IMG/VR virus record: IMGVR_UViG_3300024054_000008
Coordinates: 32,001 to 96,000 of that record
Source of the DNA: a virus
DNA: 64,000 bases
Direction: 5' to 3' (one strand)
In this document: positions 46,090 to 55,161 of the stretch, piece by piece
Position numbering within the stretch: the stretch's first letter is position 1
Layout of the letters: every line of letters begins with the position of its first letter
Notes under the pieces: model-generated
Told to the model about the DNA's origin: nothing
What the model saw: the letters and a program-made list of their open reading frames with translations, nothing else
Database searches by the model: none
Made by a program: the position numbers and the translations under genes

Positions 46090-46189
46090 ATCAAATAATA
46101 CCAATCAGGCCAATTGTTCGTCTTTCTTCGGAAAGTTCAAGTGAGCAAACTTACCACAGTAACAATCATGTCAAATATAGTTCTATCTA

Positions 46190-49100
46190 CTAAGAACATC
46201 CACTTGTGGACCCACACGATTTACACAAATAACAACTACCATTTCTAACTGTCAATGACCCGCATGTTGTACATGGCGGTCCACTAAAATCTCTCTTATT
46301 ATTTTGTTCAATTTGGGTAATAGGCGCAATAGATTCACTATTCTTTGAGATTGAAGCCGCTGGTTGTGAATCTGGTTCTTCGAGTCTATAAGCTATGCCA
46401 GTTACTTCACCACTATAATAACGAATATCAAGATATTTCATTAAATAATCATATAGACTCTTAGCAAAACGAATTTTTGGGTTCCTTGTCATACCAGCCG
46501 GTTCAAATCTAGTATCGACAAAACTGCGTATGAGTTTCTCAAGTGGCACCCCATATTGAAGCGCAATCGAAAGAAGTTGAGTGTAGCCGTCAATCAATCC
46601 TGATATGGTAGAACCAGGCTTACCCAATTTCAAAAATACTTCACCAAGTTTTCCATCCGGATATTCATTCATTTGTATATAACCTTTATATCCGTCAATT
46701 TCAAATCGATGACGGTGTCCGCTTATATCCTCTGGAAGACGCCTTCGTTGTTGTATTGGTGATGGACCAGAATCAGAAAACACAATTGCTCCGTTTTGTT
46801 CACCAACTCGTTCTTTTGTAGCAAGTGGCTGTGATAATTTCGAACCATCTCTGTATACAGATACACATTTCAAACCAAGTTTCCATGATTCCATATAAAT
46901 GTCTGATATATCTTGCGGTGTAGCACTATTTGGTAAATTGACAGTTTTGCTTTGAGCACAAGTAATTAACGGCTGTATAGCAGCCATCATTGTTATATGT
47001 GCCATTGGATCTAAACATCTACTTGAATCACCAGATGGCATTGCACAATCAAATACATGCAAATGTTCATTCTTGAATTCTGGCGCACCCTCTATACAGT
47101 CATTATCTTCTATATATTTAGATATGACAGCGGTTTCTTCATCGGTATAACCTAAAGCTCTCAAACCATCCTTTGTGGCCTGATTAACGAGTTTTAACAC
47201 GCCACCGCCAACTAATGTCTTGTAACTAACTAAAGAAAACGCTGGTTCTATTCCAGTCGTATTCATACCCATCAAGAATGACACAGTCCCAAGCGGGGCT
47301 TGAAGACTTGCTTGAGAAATTGAATACCCATATTTTTTACCAAGACGTATTGTTTCTTCCCAAACTTCTGCACTCTTACTAACAATATCATCACCAAGTG
47401 GGTCAGAGGATAGAGACCACCTTCTCAAAATATCATCATCAGCCCGTTGATGTTTTTCCATTATTGAAAGCATATCTTCACAATTTTTTTCAAAGTCAGC
47501 AAACGTTCCAATTCTTGCGGCTAATTGTGCTGATACCTGATAAGCTAGACCAGTCATTAAACTAGCCATTCTTGCAGCAATAACTCTTCCTTCATTCGAA
47601 TCATAACTATAGCCTTGGCTCATAATCAATGAACCAAGGTCACCATAATTTAATCCAATCGGGCGCAGTTTATGTGAATTTTTTGTAATTAAATCGGTCG
47701 GATAATCAGCTTTTTCAATAATTGAATTTTGTGAAATCACAAAAACACGTACAGCTTGTTTAAATTTCTCAAAATTAAAAACACCACCATCAAAAAATTT
47801 TGTCAAATTCAAAGCACACAAATTGCACGCAGTGTTGTCAATATGCGCAAATTCGCTACACTGTGGAATTCGTACACCTTCAGCTATAATTGTGTGGGTC
47901 GTGAATTCGGTCATATTGTAAGTCAACTCGACACGTCCAGTATCATCAACAGATGCTACGCTGTCGTGCCACACGTCATGAATTGGATCAGAATGACCAT
48001 CCGGAAGAAAATCATCCAATTGAGCCTGCTTGCGATCGGACAAAAGACCGCCAATTTCTTTCATGCCATCACGCAATTTCCTGAGAGAATGCCCATAAAC
48101 AGCCAACTCGTGAAGCGTCCGTTTCGAATCGTACGTACAAACCTCGCCAGAAGCTGATGTATATGTAAACTTCCCGGACCTAGAAGCAGAATTTCTATCC
48201 TGCATTATGGTCGATTTGATGCCCATATTAAGCAAAATCGCCTGGACATCCTGAAGTAATCCAAGGCTCATACTCGAAAGCCTTAATTCTCTCGTCGGAA
48301 TGTTATCGCCGTGACCTTTCGCTGACATACGAAAGGTCCCATCGGCTGATATAAGACCAGACAGGAATGCAAGTTGATTCAGACGAGGCGATTCAAACAC
48401 ACCAGGTTGTATCCGCTTGTTATAAGATCTAGATCCAGCAGGGCAAGCAATAGCCTCAATGGATCGAAAGAGACCAATACGACGAATTCTCATATAATCA
48501 GGTGATTCACCAATAGACCCACTCTGAGTTTTTAGTGAAAATGGAATTTCCTGTTTATGCAAAAAAGACGAAATCTTCGATAGAATGTCCTTGTCATGCT
48601 TTCCGAAACACATTCCGATTTCGCCATGTTGGAAATCAGACTTCCATCCTTTTTCGGTGTGTTTGCGAGAATGACGTACAGTCTCTGTCATCCACCCATC
48701 GCCAACAACAAACCCAGCAATCTTGAACCATTCAACAGAATCAGAAAGACCACAGTCGAAATTCCCAAAAGAACCTTCAGCGCACTGAATATCAACCTGG
48801 TCTCCTACCACCAATTCGGCCGCCGGCTTCTTTGTTCCATCTGAAAGCAAAAAATTATGATTCGGAGTAACTACAAGTTCTCTTCCGGACTTGAACTTCA
48901 CAGACAAAAGCGGATTTTCACCAGTCGGGAAGACAACAGCTGGTCTCATCTCAACACGGTCACCAAGATGAACGGCTACTTTCACATCTCCGTCAAAGAT
49001 GCGTTCATAAAGGTCGGCGATTTGAATAAGTCCAAATTCGGTTGCAATTTTCGTCTCGGCAGCAAAACACGGATTCGTTGATCGTATTCTTCCACTGTTT

Positions 49101-50206
49101 GGAACAGTATGCCATTTATTTAATGTTGTACTAAATTGGACGCCAGGGTCAGCACATAACCAAGCAGCTTCAGATATTTCTTTCCACAATTCTTTTGCTT
49201 TGTAAGTCTTAACTGGTTTGTCGGAGCAATCTAACGTCGTCCAGTCATCGTCATTCAAAACTGCCTGCATAAATTCATCAGAAATGCTGACTGAATGATT
49301 AGCATTCTGATATAAAACATTCTTATATGCACCATTTGGATCATCATAATCTCTACTGTATCCACATTTCAAAATCAAATCATGCGCACGTTTTTCTTCT
49401 ACAGCTTTGGACTTAATAAAACCTGGTCTACCGTCTTTTGTTTCCAAAATATCAGGATGGTCAATATCCAAAACAACCATTTTTGCAGCATTCCGGCAAG
49501 AACCTCCAGATTTCATAGCTTGTGCATATTGATCAAGACCGCGCATCCAAGCAAGCGGTCCACTCACATAAGCACCGCTTGATAACTTTTCATAAGAACT
49601 TCTTAAACTAGAAAGATTAGCACCAGACCCAGAACCGCCAGCAAATATAATTGCTTCTGATTTTTGAAACTCCATAATGGAATCTAATGTATCGTCAACA
49701 CCGGATATAAAACATGCAGAGGCAGCTTGCTTTCTGTCTGGTATTCCTAAATTAAACCAAACCGGAGAGTTAAAAGCCCCGAGTTGGTGAAGAAGTGCCC
49801 AAATTAATTCTTCTTCGTAAATCTTTGCGTCAAGTTCAGTATTAAAATAGCCCTGTTCATCTGCCCATTTTCTCAATGTCTTTGCAACACGCAAAAAGAC
49901 TTGTTTAACAGATGATTCTTTCGTTTCACCAACATACCTGAAGTATTTACTTGCAACTATATTTGTGCAATTTTGCTCCCACCAATCTGGAACTTCAACA
50001 TTTTTTTGCTCAAAAATAACCTTTCCATCTGAATTTTTTATGCAAGCGTCAACAAATTTCCATTTGATCTCATCAAATGGATGGATGTTGTCTTTAGTAA
50101 AAACTCTGGACCAGCGCCCTATATCTTCAGCAATTTTTGATTTACCATTCGATTCTTCACGAATTGGAATAACATTATCAATTACCGCTGTTCCGAGACT
50201 TGACAT
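46190..50206 (-). CDS. nrdJ: Class II (B12-dependent) ribonucleotide reductase with intein
   Basis: FNSPVWFN, SACFI, GSG.N.S.LR, RxAAKM, NP|C-SE, ACNL, APLGT; C-terminal TSCPD-like domain and Zn ribbon. Spliced length 935 aa. Confidence 0.93.
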   Translation of the reverse strand: MSSLGTAVIDNVIPIREESNGKSKIAEDIGRWSRVFTKDNIHPFDEIKWKFVDACIKNSDGKVIFEQKNVEVPDWWEQNCTNIVASKYFRYVGETKESSVKQVFLRVAKTLRKWADEQGYFNTELDAKIYEEELIWALLHQLGAFNSPVWFNLGIPDRKQAASACFISGVDDTLDSIMEFQKSEAIIFAGGSGSGANLSSLRSSYEKLSSGAYVSGPLAWMRGLDQYAQAMKSGGSCRNAAKMVVLDIDHPDILETKDGRPGFIKSKAVEEKRAHDLILKCGYSRDYDDPNGAYKNVLYQNANHSVSISDEFMQAVLNDDDWTTLDCSDKPVKTYKAKELWKEISEAAWLCADPGVQFSTTLNKWHTVPNSGRIRSTNPCFAAETKIATEFGLIQIADLYERIFDGDVKVAVHLGDRVEMRPAVVFPTGENPLLSVKFKSGRELVVTPNHNFLLSDGTKKPAAELVVGDQVDIQCAEGSFGNFDCGLSDSVEWFKIAGFVVGDGWMTETVRHSRKHTEKGWKSDFQHGEIGMCFGKHDKDILSKISSFLHKQEIPFSLKTQSGSIGESPDYMRIRRIGLFRSIEAIACPAGSRSYNKRIQPGVFESPRLNQLAFLSGLISADGTFRMSAKGHGDNIPTRELRLSSMSLGLLQDVQAILLNMGIKSTIMQDRNSASRSGKFTYTSASGEVCTYDSKRTLHELAVYGHSLRKLRDGMKEIGGLLSDRKQAQLDDFLPDGHSDPIHDVWHDSVASVDDTGRVELTYNMTEFTTHTIIAEGVRIPQCSEFAHIDNTACNLCALNLTKFFDGGVFNFEKFKQAVRVFVISQNSIIEKADYPTDLITKNSHKLRPIGLNYGDLGSLIMSQGYSYDSNEGRVIAARMASLMTGLAYQVSAQLAARIGTFADFEKNCEDMLSIMEKHQRADDDILRRWSLSSDPLGDDIVSKSAEVWEETIRLGKKYGYSISQASLQAPLGTVSFLMGMNTTGIEPAFSLVSYKTLVGGGVLKLVNQATKDGLRALGYTDEETAVISKYIEDNDCIEGAPEFKNEHLHVFDCAMPSGDSSRCLDPMAHITMMAAIQPLITCAQSKTVNLPNSATPQDISDIYMESWKLGLKCVSVYRDGSKLSQPLATKERVGEQNGAIVFSDSGPSPIQQRRRLPEDISGHRHRFEIDGYKGYIQMNEYPDGKLGEVFLKLGKPGSTISGLIDGYTQLLSIALQYGVPLEKLIRSFVDTRFEPAGMTRNPKIRFAKSLYDYLMKYLDIRYYSGEVTGIAYRLEEPDSQPAASISKNSESIAPITQIEQNNKRDFSGPPCTTCGSLTVRNGSCYLCKSCGSTSGCS
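47861..49069 (-). mobile_element. Intein (403 aa, LAGLIDADG) ending in Gln, at the RNR catalytic cysteine
   Basis: TNP|CFAAETKI ... VTPNHNF ... AGFVVGDG, LSGLISADG ... THTIIAEGVRIPQ|CSEF. Confidence 0.92.
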
Positions 50207-51017
50207 TCTTAATTTCCTCCGACAACCTTAGCAATCCGAGTTCCAAATCAACAAAAGCCGAATGATTACCTTTTCTTAGTTTTAGATCGATTGATTTAAA
50301 AAAATTAATCTCATTAATTAAAAAATCACGATTCAATTTAATGTCAGAATCAAATTGAAAGATTTCTACGAGCTTGTTTAATAACGGATAAATGACACTA
50401 GCATGTGAATTTGATTTCTTCATTTTGTCGACAAAAGCTGAAACAGATTTTGTCTCACCACCAAACACAAGATCAATTAAAAGAAATGGGCTGAAATCAA
50501 TTGATGAACACATCACTGATTTTGCCATTTCGGGTGAAATCATTTGCGACTCATGATCAGCTACAACAGAAAGTTTCTCTATCTCAGAAGAAAGTTTACG
50601 AAGACATGTTCCATGGTTCACAAAAAGAGCACCAACAACACGGTTTAGATTTATTTTACGACGTTCACCTTCATCAAGAATCCACTTAATGTAATCGTTT
50701 TTATACTTGTTGTATTTTAATTTTTGAATGTCAATCGTTTTAGTCGCTCTTTTGCTGTTTAATTTCTTGTCTTCTTTTGACAAAACAATCAACAAACTGT
50801 TATTAATTGGCAATTCAGGTATTCTATCGGAATTTCTTATCAAGAATGCTGTTCTTTTATCAGATAAATAACACTGCGACAATTCTGTGTATTTAAGTTC
50901 ATCATCTGGAAAATCAAATTTTAAGATTTCGTCGGCTAAGAATCCATCAGTATATTCATAAGCAGCCCTTTCTTTCAGAAATTCATCATCACCATTTATG
51001 ATAATTAAATCCGACAA
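50178..51017 (-). CDS. holA: DNA Pol III delta-like clamp loader subunit
   Basis: IIINGDDEFL N-terminus, WILDEGERRKINL, LSSEIEKL, FLLIDLV, C-terminal DLKLRKG...LELGLL. Confidence 0.65.
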   Translation of the reverse strand: MSDLIIINGDDEFLKERAAYEYTDGFLADEILKFDFPDDELKYTELSQCYLSDKRTAFLIRNSDRIPELPINNSLLIVLSKEDKKLNSKRATKTIDIQKLKYNKYKNDYIKWILDEGERRKINLNRVVGALFVNHGTCLRKLSSEIEKLSVVADHESQMISPEMAKSVMCSSIDFSPFLLIDLVFGGETKSVSAFVDKMKKSNSHASVIYPLLNKLVEIFQFDSDIKLNRDFLINEINFFKSIDLKLRKGNHSAFVDLELGLLRLSEEIKNVKSRNSGN

Positions 51018-51028
51018 TGCTATTGACG

Positions 51029-51820
51029 TTACATCAAATCACACACCAACGAAACCCAATGCGATTCGATGCTAGCGTTCGTTTTAATCAAACTAGAAGC
51101 AAACAACAAAACCTTTTCAATATTATCAGAAAATTCAGGTTTAAAATCCAAACTTTTAACAGCTTTTGAACATATATGTGCTATGGCTTCTCTGTATGGT
51201 GCATAAGTTTTTTTGCAAAAAGAAATAGCTTCAGGCATTTCAACCCTTGAAGGTTTATTTGTTATTAATTTTCTCAAAATAACAAAAAAATTTCTGAGTC
51301 TTTCATCACCATAAACAATTTCATATAACCCTGGTCTGCCATCACAAACATTTATTGAAAAGTCGTCGACAACTGACTTAGAAGCAAATTTAAAAATTTC
51401 ATCTTTGTCTAAAATGCTCCATTTTATTTCTTTTCTGATTCTAGATGAAAATGCGCTAGATAGTAAACCAGTATCGTGGCATATTAAAATAAATATTGAT
51501 TCTGACGACATGTCTTCAAAAGTTTTGAGACACGCATCTTGCGCTGGCAAACTTAATTTATCAACGTCATTTATAAGTATTATTCTAGTTTCACTCTCTA
51601 AAGGTGAAAATTTAGAAAATTCTAAAGCATTTTTGATTTCATTTATTGACGTATCAGAAATGAAAATATCAGAATTAGAAAAATTTGATGTTACAAAATC
51701 TTTCGAAAATGAAAATTTACCCAGACCTCTCTGGCCCGTTAAAGCCACCACTTTTGTCGGGCTCTCCAACAGAATCTTTATTAGTTGATTCTGAGCCTCT
51801 AAGTTGCCGAAAATTTCCAT
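51029..51820 (-). CDS. holB: DNA Pol III delta-prime-like clamp loader subunit
   Basis: IFGN...L, degenerate Walker A GQRGLGK, IILINDVDKLSLPAQDACLKTFED, SR sensor, C-terminal GRPG. Confidence 0.75.
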   Translation of the reverse strand: MEIFGNLEAQNQLIKILLESPTKVVALTGQRGLGKFSFSKDFVTSNFSNSDIFISDTSINEIKNALEFSKFSPLESETRIILINDVDKLSLPAQDACLKTFEDMSSESIFILICHDTGLLSSAFSSRIRKEIKWSILDKDEIFKFASKSVVDDFSINVCDGRPGLYEIVYGDERLRNFFVILRKLITNKPSRVEMPEAISFCKKTYAPYREAIAHICSKAVKSLDFKPEFSDNIEKVLLFASSLIKTNASIESHWVSLVCDLM

Positions 51821-51938
51821 CTATTTCCACAAATTCAATTTTTATGATGAATGACTTTCCACAATTTGAACATACAACTGCGTTAACGTTACTAAGTTGT
51901 TGTAACGAACTCTGGCATTCTGGGCAAAATAAAATCAT
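51717..51938 (-). CDS. Small Zn-ribbon protein
   Basis: MILFCPECQ...VCSNCGK; TAATG coupling to the upstream gene; 3' part overlaps holB by about 100 nt. Confidence 0.45.
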   Translation of the reverse strand: MILFCPECQSSLQQLSNVNAVVCSNCGKSFIIKIEFVEIDGNFRQLRGSESTNKDSVGEPDKSGGFNGPERSG

Positions 51939-52138
51939 TAATACTGAAACACACCACCGACGCCAACTGTCCACGTGTATCTACATTTCTCGCACGTGTA
52001 CCTTTGCTCCGTAGAACCGTCTTGATTATGTTTCTTAACAAACATACCATCGCAAGTTTGACCAGCGGTTAATCTATCAGAACCGCGGCGACATTTCATC
52101 AAAATCGGTTTATCTTTTATTTTATTTTCAACTGTCAT
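51938..52138 (-). CDS. Small Zn-ribbon protein
   Basis: 66 aa, C...C...CEKC; ATGA coupling. Confidence 0.6.
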   Translation of the reverse strand: MTVENKIKDKPILMKCRRGSDRLTAGQTCDGMFVKKHNQDGSTEQRYTCEKCRYTWTVGVGGVFQY

Positions 52139-52482
52139 GGTCTGTTCCGATATGCTTCACTAACCATACCATGCGCTCGTTTGATCAAATCTTCTATTTT
52201 GTCAGAAGAAAACAAAGGAACAGATAAATTCAAAGCTATATTCTTACAAATATCAAAATCTTCTCTCAATAACAAAAACTGTAACTCTTGACGTTGAGGT
52301 ACATGAACACTTACTATTTCTCTGCCATTCAAATTGTTTGAAATAGTTATGTGATTGTTTAATTTTCCAAGAGCTAAATAAACAATCATCAATGGGAACG
52401 TTTTAACAGCATAATCAAATGTAGCTGGTCTTACAAGTCTGCCGTTTCGTTTCTTGTTTGAATAAGAACCGTCGAGTGTCAA
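52135..52482 (-). CDS. Hypothetical protein
   Basis: 115 aa, coupled to its neighbours. Confidence 0.6.
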   Translation of the reverse strand: MTLDGSYSNKKRNGRLVRPATFDYAVKTFPLMIVYLALGKLNNHITISNNLNGREIVSVHVPQRQELQFLLLREDFDICKNIALNLSVPLFSSDKIEDLIKRAHGMVSEAYRNRP

Positions 52483-53633
52483 ATCGCCTCTTCAACACTT
52501 TCAGAACCTTTAGATTTTGGTTCCATAGGTTGAATTGCATCAACGTTAACACCTTGTTTTTTTAGTTTTTTCTTCAAATTATCGTATGATCTTTGATCAA
52601 GTGGAGATAACGGACCTTGTAGCTCCATCCATTTGAATCTAGCAAATTTTCTCTCATCAATGCCGCGTTGATATAGTTCACGCTCTTCAATTTTCTTACG
52701 TTCAATTTTTTCAATTTCACGCGGTGAGACATCAGAAAAAAATGACTCATACAAAGTCTCATAGTCAACCATCGGAAGTTTATTTTCTATAAAATTATGT
52801 ATTTCACTCAAAAGTTGTTTTCTCAAATCACCAACAAATCCAGACCATCGTTTTTCGTTAGCTTTATATAACTCTGGGTGCTTTTCTTTCAGAGTTGAAG
52901 CCTGACCCATATTTTCTTTAATGTCTGACCCAAAACTTCCGACTTCATCAATAAAAATCAAATCGAACAATTTACTGGTGTTTTCTGACAAAGAAGACCT
53001 TAAAGCCGGTATGTAATCACCTATTTGATCATAAAATTCTTTAACAGCGGCTCTTTCGTCTAAAGCCTTACTTATGTCATTTTCATCAATATCCGGAATA
53101 CGACCTTCACCACCCTCTGGAACGCCCCCACCTTCCGGCCTTCTGCCAAATGCTTCCTGTATCCCAGTCTCTTTTTCTTTTTTTCTAAATTTTTCCTTTG
53201 ATTTCGTTATACTGCGACGACGTATATTGCTATATATAGCACCAAGAGCCTCTTTCCAAGAATCAAAATCTTTTCTAAAATTCCATGGCTCAGCAGTTTT
53301 TCGCTTTATAGTTCTGATTTCGCCGTCTTCTGTCTCTTCCTCTACAAATTCAGTCCCAGTTGAAATGTATGTAAGAAAATCTTGAACAGAATCCATAGCG
53401 TCAGCTTCATTATACTGAAGCTGTTTCTTAGCTATGGCTAACATCTTTCCACCAACTTGGTGTGGATGAGCGTCAACTGTTTGATCTGGATATTGTTTTT
53501 TTAAAATATCAATAATCGCCCTACCGAAGCCTTCTTCAATATCAAGAGCTAGCCTGATTATTGTGTAAGCTAGCCTAACCCCAGGAGTTATATTAAATGA
53601 TACGGATTTTGCTATAGAATCAAAATTTGGCAT
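52479..53633 (-). CDS. Hypothetical helical protein
   Basis: 384 aa, charged; N-terminal SIAKSVS. Confidence 0.7.
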   Translation of the reverse strand: MPNFDSIAKSVSFNITPGVRLAYTIIRLALDIEEGFGRAIIDILKKQYPDQTVDAHPHQVGGKMLAIAKKQLQYNEADAMDSVQDFLTYISTGTEFVEEETEDGEIRTIKRKTAEPWNFRKDFDSWKEALGAIYSNIRRRSITKSKEKFRKKEKETGIQEAFGRRPEGGGVPEGGEGRIPDIDENDISKALDERAAVKEFYDQIGDYIPALRSSLSENTSKLFDLIFIDEVGSFGSDIKENMGQASTLKEKHPELYKANEKRWSGFVGDLRKQLLSEIHNFIENKLPMVDYETLYESFFSDVSPREIEKIERKKIEERELYQRGIDERKFARFKWMELQGPLSPLDQRSYDNLKKKLKKQGVNVDAIQPMEPKSKGSESVEEAI

Positions 53634-53657
53634 TTATAGAAATTATTTAATAACAAT

Positions 53658-55028
53658 TTAAGAACTAATTTGTTTGTGCTTTGCCCTATTCAATGCAGCT
53701 ACAACTCTATCAATCGGATAAGAAAGTCTTGACGATATGTCTTCCGGACTCATTCCGATTGAATTTAAAGAATTAAAAAAATCGGTCCTGGCTTTGACTG
53801 GCGCTCCAAACAATTCATCACCTAATAATTTGTGAACATCACAACCATTCCTATTGCAAGCTTCTTGAGCCAACCTATTTATGTGTTCATCGCTGTGATT
53901 ATAATTTCTAAGTTTATTAATGGCTGATGTTCTTAATTTGTTGACACGATTTGATGATACACCAATACTAGATGCATATTTTCTTATTGGAATATCAGAA
54001 ACATCTATTGCAACCAAAACGTTATGTTCATCTTGGCTAAGGTTTGCCCTATCAACACAATTGATCAAATCAATGCGTTTCTCCAACCTTTCATAATCCA
54101 TCATTGATGATGGATCTCTAAAAGATCTCGTTATACTATCAGGACCATTTTCGTCATCACCTTTTTCTATAGATACAATTTCATCATCTGAATACTCAGG
54201 CGATACACCATTATTGTAAATCATTATGCTCGTGTCATCTGACCGAGACATTCTCTTGAAATCGTTTACAACTTCATTGTCAATTACCATTTGAGCATAT
54301 TTTAGTAATCCAGCTGTTACATCGTGATTAGTCTTCCTCATGATATATCTTGGAACTGATTTAACAAGATTTGACCTTCTCCAGTCACGAAGAAACAACT
54401 TTAATTGATTGTCATTCCAACGCAATTTTAACACTTCTTCTGCATTGGAAAGATCAGTCCAATTGTGGGCCAAACTTAATCCTTTAGAATAAAGTAACTC
54501 TTTGCCATGTTTGCATCCAGTACAAGAATGGCGATCATCTGAACAAACATGTTCAGTCATTTCAGAAGGAAGCAAACGGCCTTGCCTATACAAAGACTGC
54601 AAAGAGCCAAAGTCAACATCTGAATAACCAAGAAGACGTAAAACACGAGCAGTGTCTATCGTATGGCCTTGTGGTGAATAATAATACCTAGAATAGTCAA
54701 ATTTTGCATATCTGAGAATATCAGATATCATCCACAAAGAATTTTGGTCAGATCTCTTTCCTTCAACAGGCGAAACATATGATATATACGTTAATGGTGC
54801 CCCTCCAAGAATTGATTCAGCTTGAGTACGATCAACAAGTTCGTCAGTTAAATGTTTAAAAAACCACCTACCAATGAAGTCTTTGCTCAAAAGACGCAAA
54901 CGAACATTTTGGACGGTGTCCATCATTCGTTCTTTGTCACGCTTAAAATGTCTAGAAACTTTTGCGTGAGTCCACGCGTAATATTGTTTGAGAAATTCTT
55001 GGTTCGTCGGGATTTGAATCGGGAACAT
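53658..55028 (-). CDS. Sigma-factor-like protein with a large region-2 insertion and an extra C-terminal HTH
   Basis: Region 2-like YAWTHAKVSRHF...DTVQNVRLRLL and LKYAQMVIDNEVVNDFKR; region 4 LSQDEHNVL...YASSIGVSSNRVNKLRTSAINKLR; a GGAGG SD favours the ATG at 55028 over 55040. Confidence 0.65.
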   Translation of the reverse strand: MFPIQIPTNQEFLKQYYAWTHAKVSRHFKRDKERMMDTVQNVRLRLLSKDFIGRWFFKHLTDELVDRTQAESILGGAPLTYISYVSPVEGKRSDQNSLWMISDILRYAKFDYSRYYYSPQGHTIDTARVLRLLGYSDVDFGSLQSLYRQGRLLPSEMTEHVCSDDRHSCTGCKHGKELLYSKGLSLAHNWTDLSNAEEVLKLRWNDNQLKLFLRDWRRSNLVKSVPRYIMRKTNHDVTAGLLKYAQMVIDNEVVNDFKRMSRSDDTSIMIYNNGVSPEYSDDEIVSIEKGDDENGPDSITRSFRDPSSMMDYERLEKRIDLINCVDRANLSQDEHNVLVAIDVSDIPIRKYASSIGVSSNRVNKLRTSAINKLRNYNHSDEHINRLAQEACNRNGCDVHKLLGDELFGAPVKARTDFFNSLNSIGMSPEDISSRLSYPIDRVVAALNRAKHKQISS

Positions 55029-55041
55029 CTTTACCTCCATG

Positions 55042-55088
55042 CAGCAAATAATTTGCTGACTTACAGAGTATTGGGCACAAAGCCCAAT
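55042..55088. promoter_or_regulatory. Two inverted repeats in the leader of the sigma-like gene
   Basis: CAGCAAAT-A-ATTTGCTG (55042-55058) and ATTGGGC-ACAAA-GCCCAAT (55070-55088). Confidence 0.5.
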
Positions 55089-55103
55089 TTACGATGTGGT
55101 GTT

Positions 55104-55133
55104 ACCCTACCATAGTCTGAGCCATTTTGTCAA
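55104..55133 (-). promoter_or_regulatory. Sigma70-type promoter upstream of the sigma-like gene
   Basis: TTGACA-18nt-TAGGGT with TGn extension. Confidence 0.6.
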
Positions 55134-55161
55134 TATACGGCAAATAATCATAAATTTTCAC

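Noticed and set aside
46122-46174. C(UUCG)G hairpin and a TTGACA-15-TAAGTT promoter after nrdJ
   Set aside because: Only a 5-bp stem with no U-tract, on the strand opposite local transcription; the promoter spacing is suboptimal.
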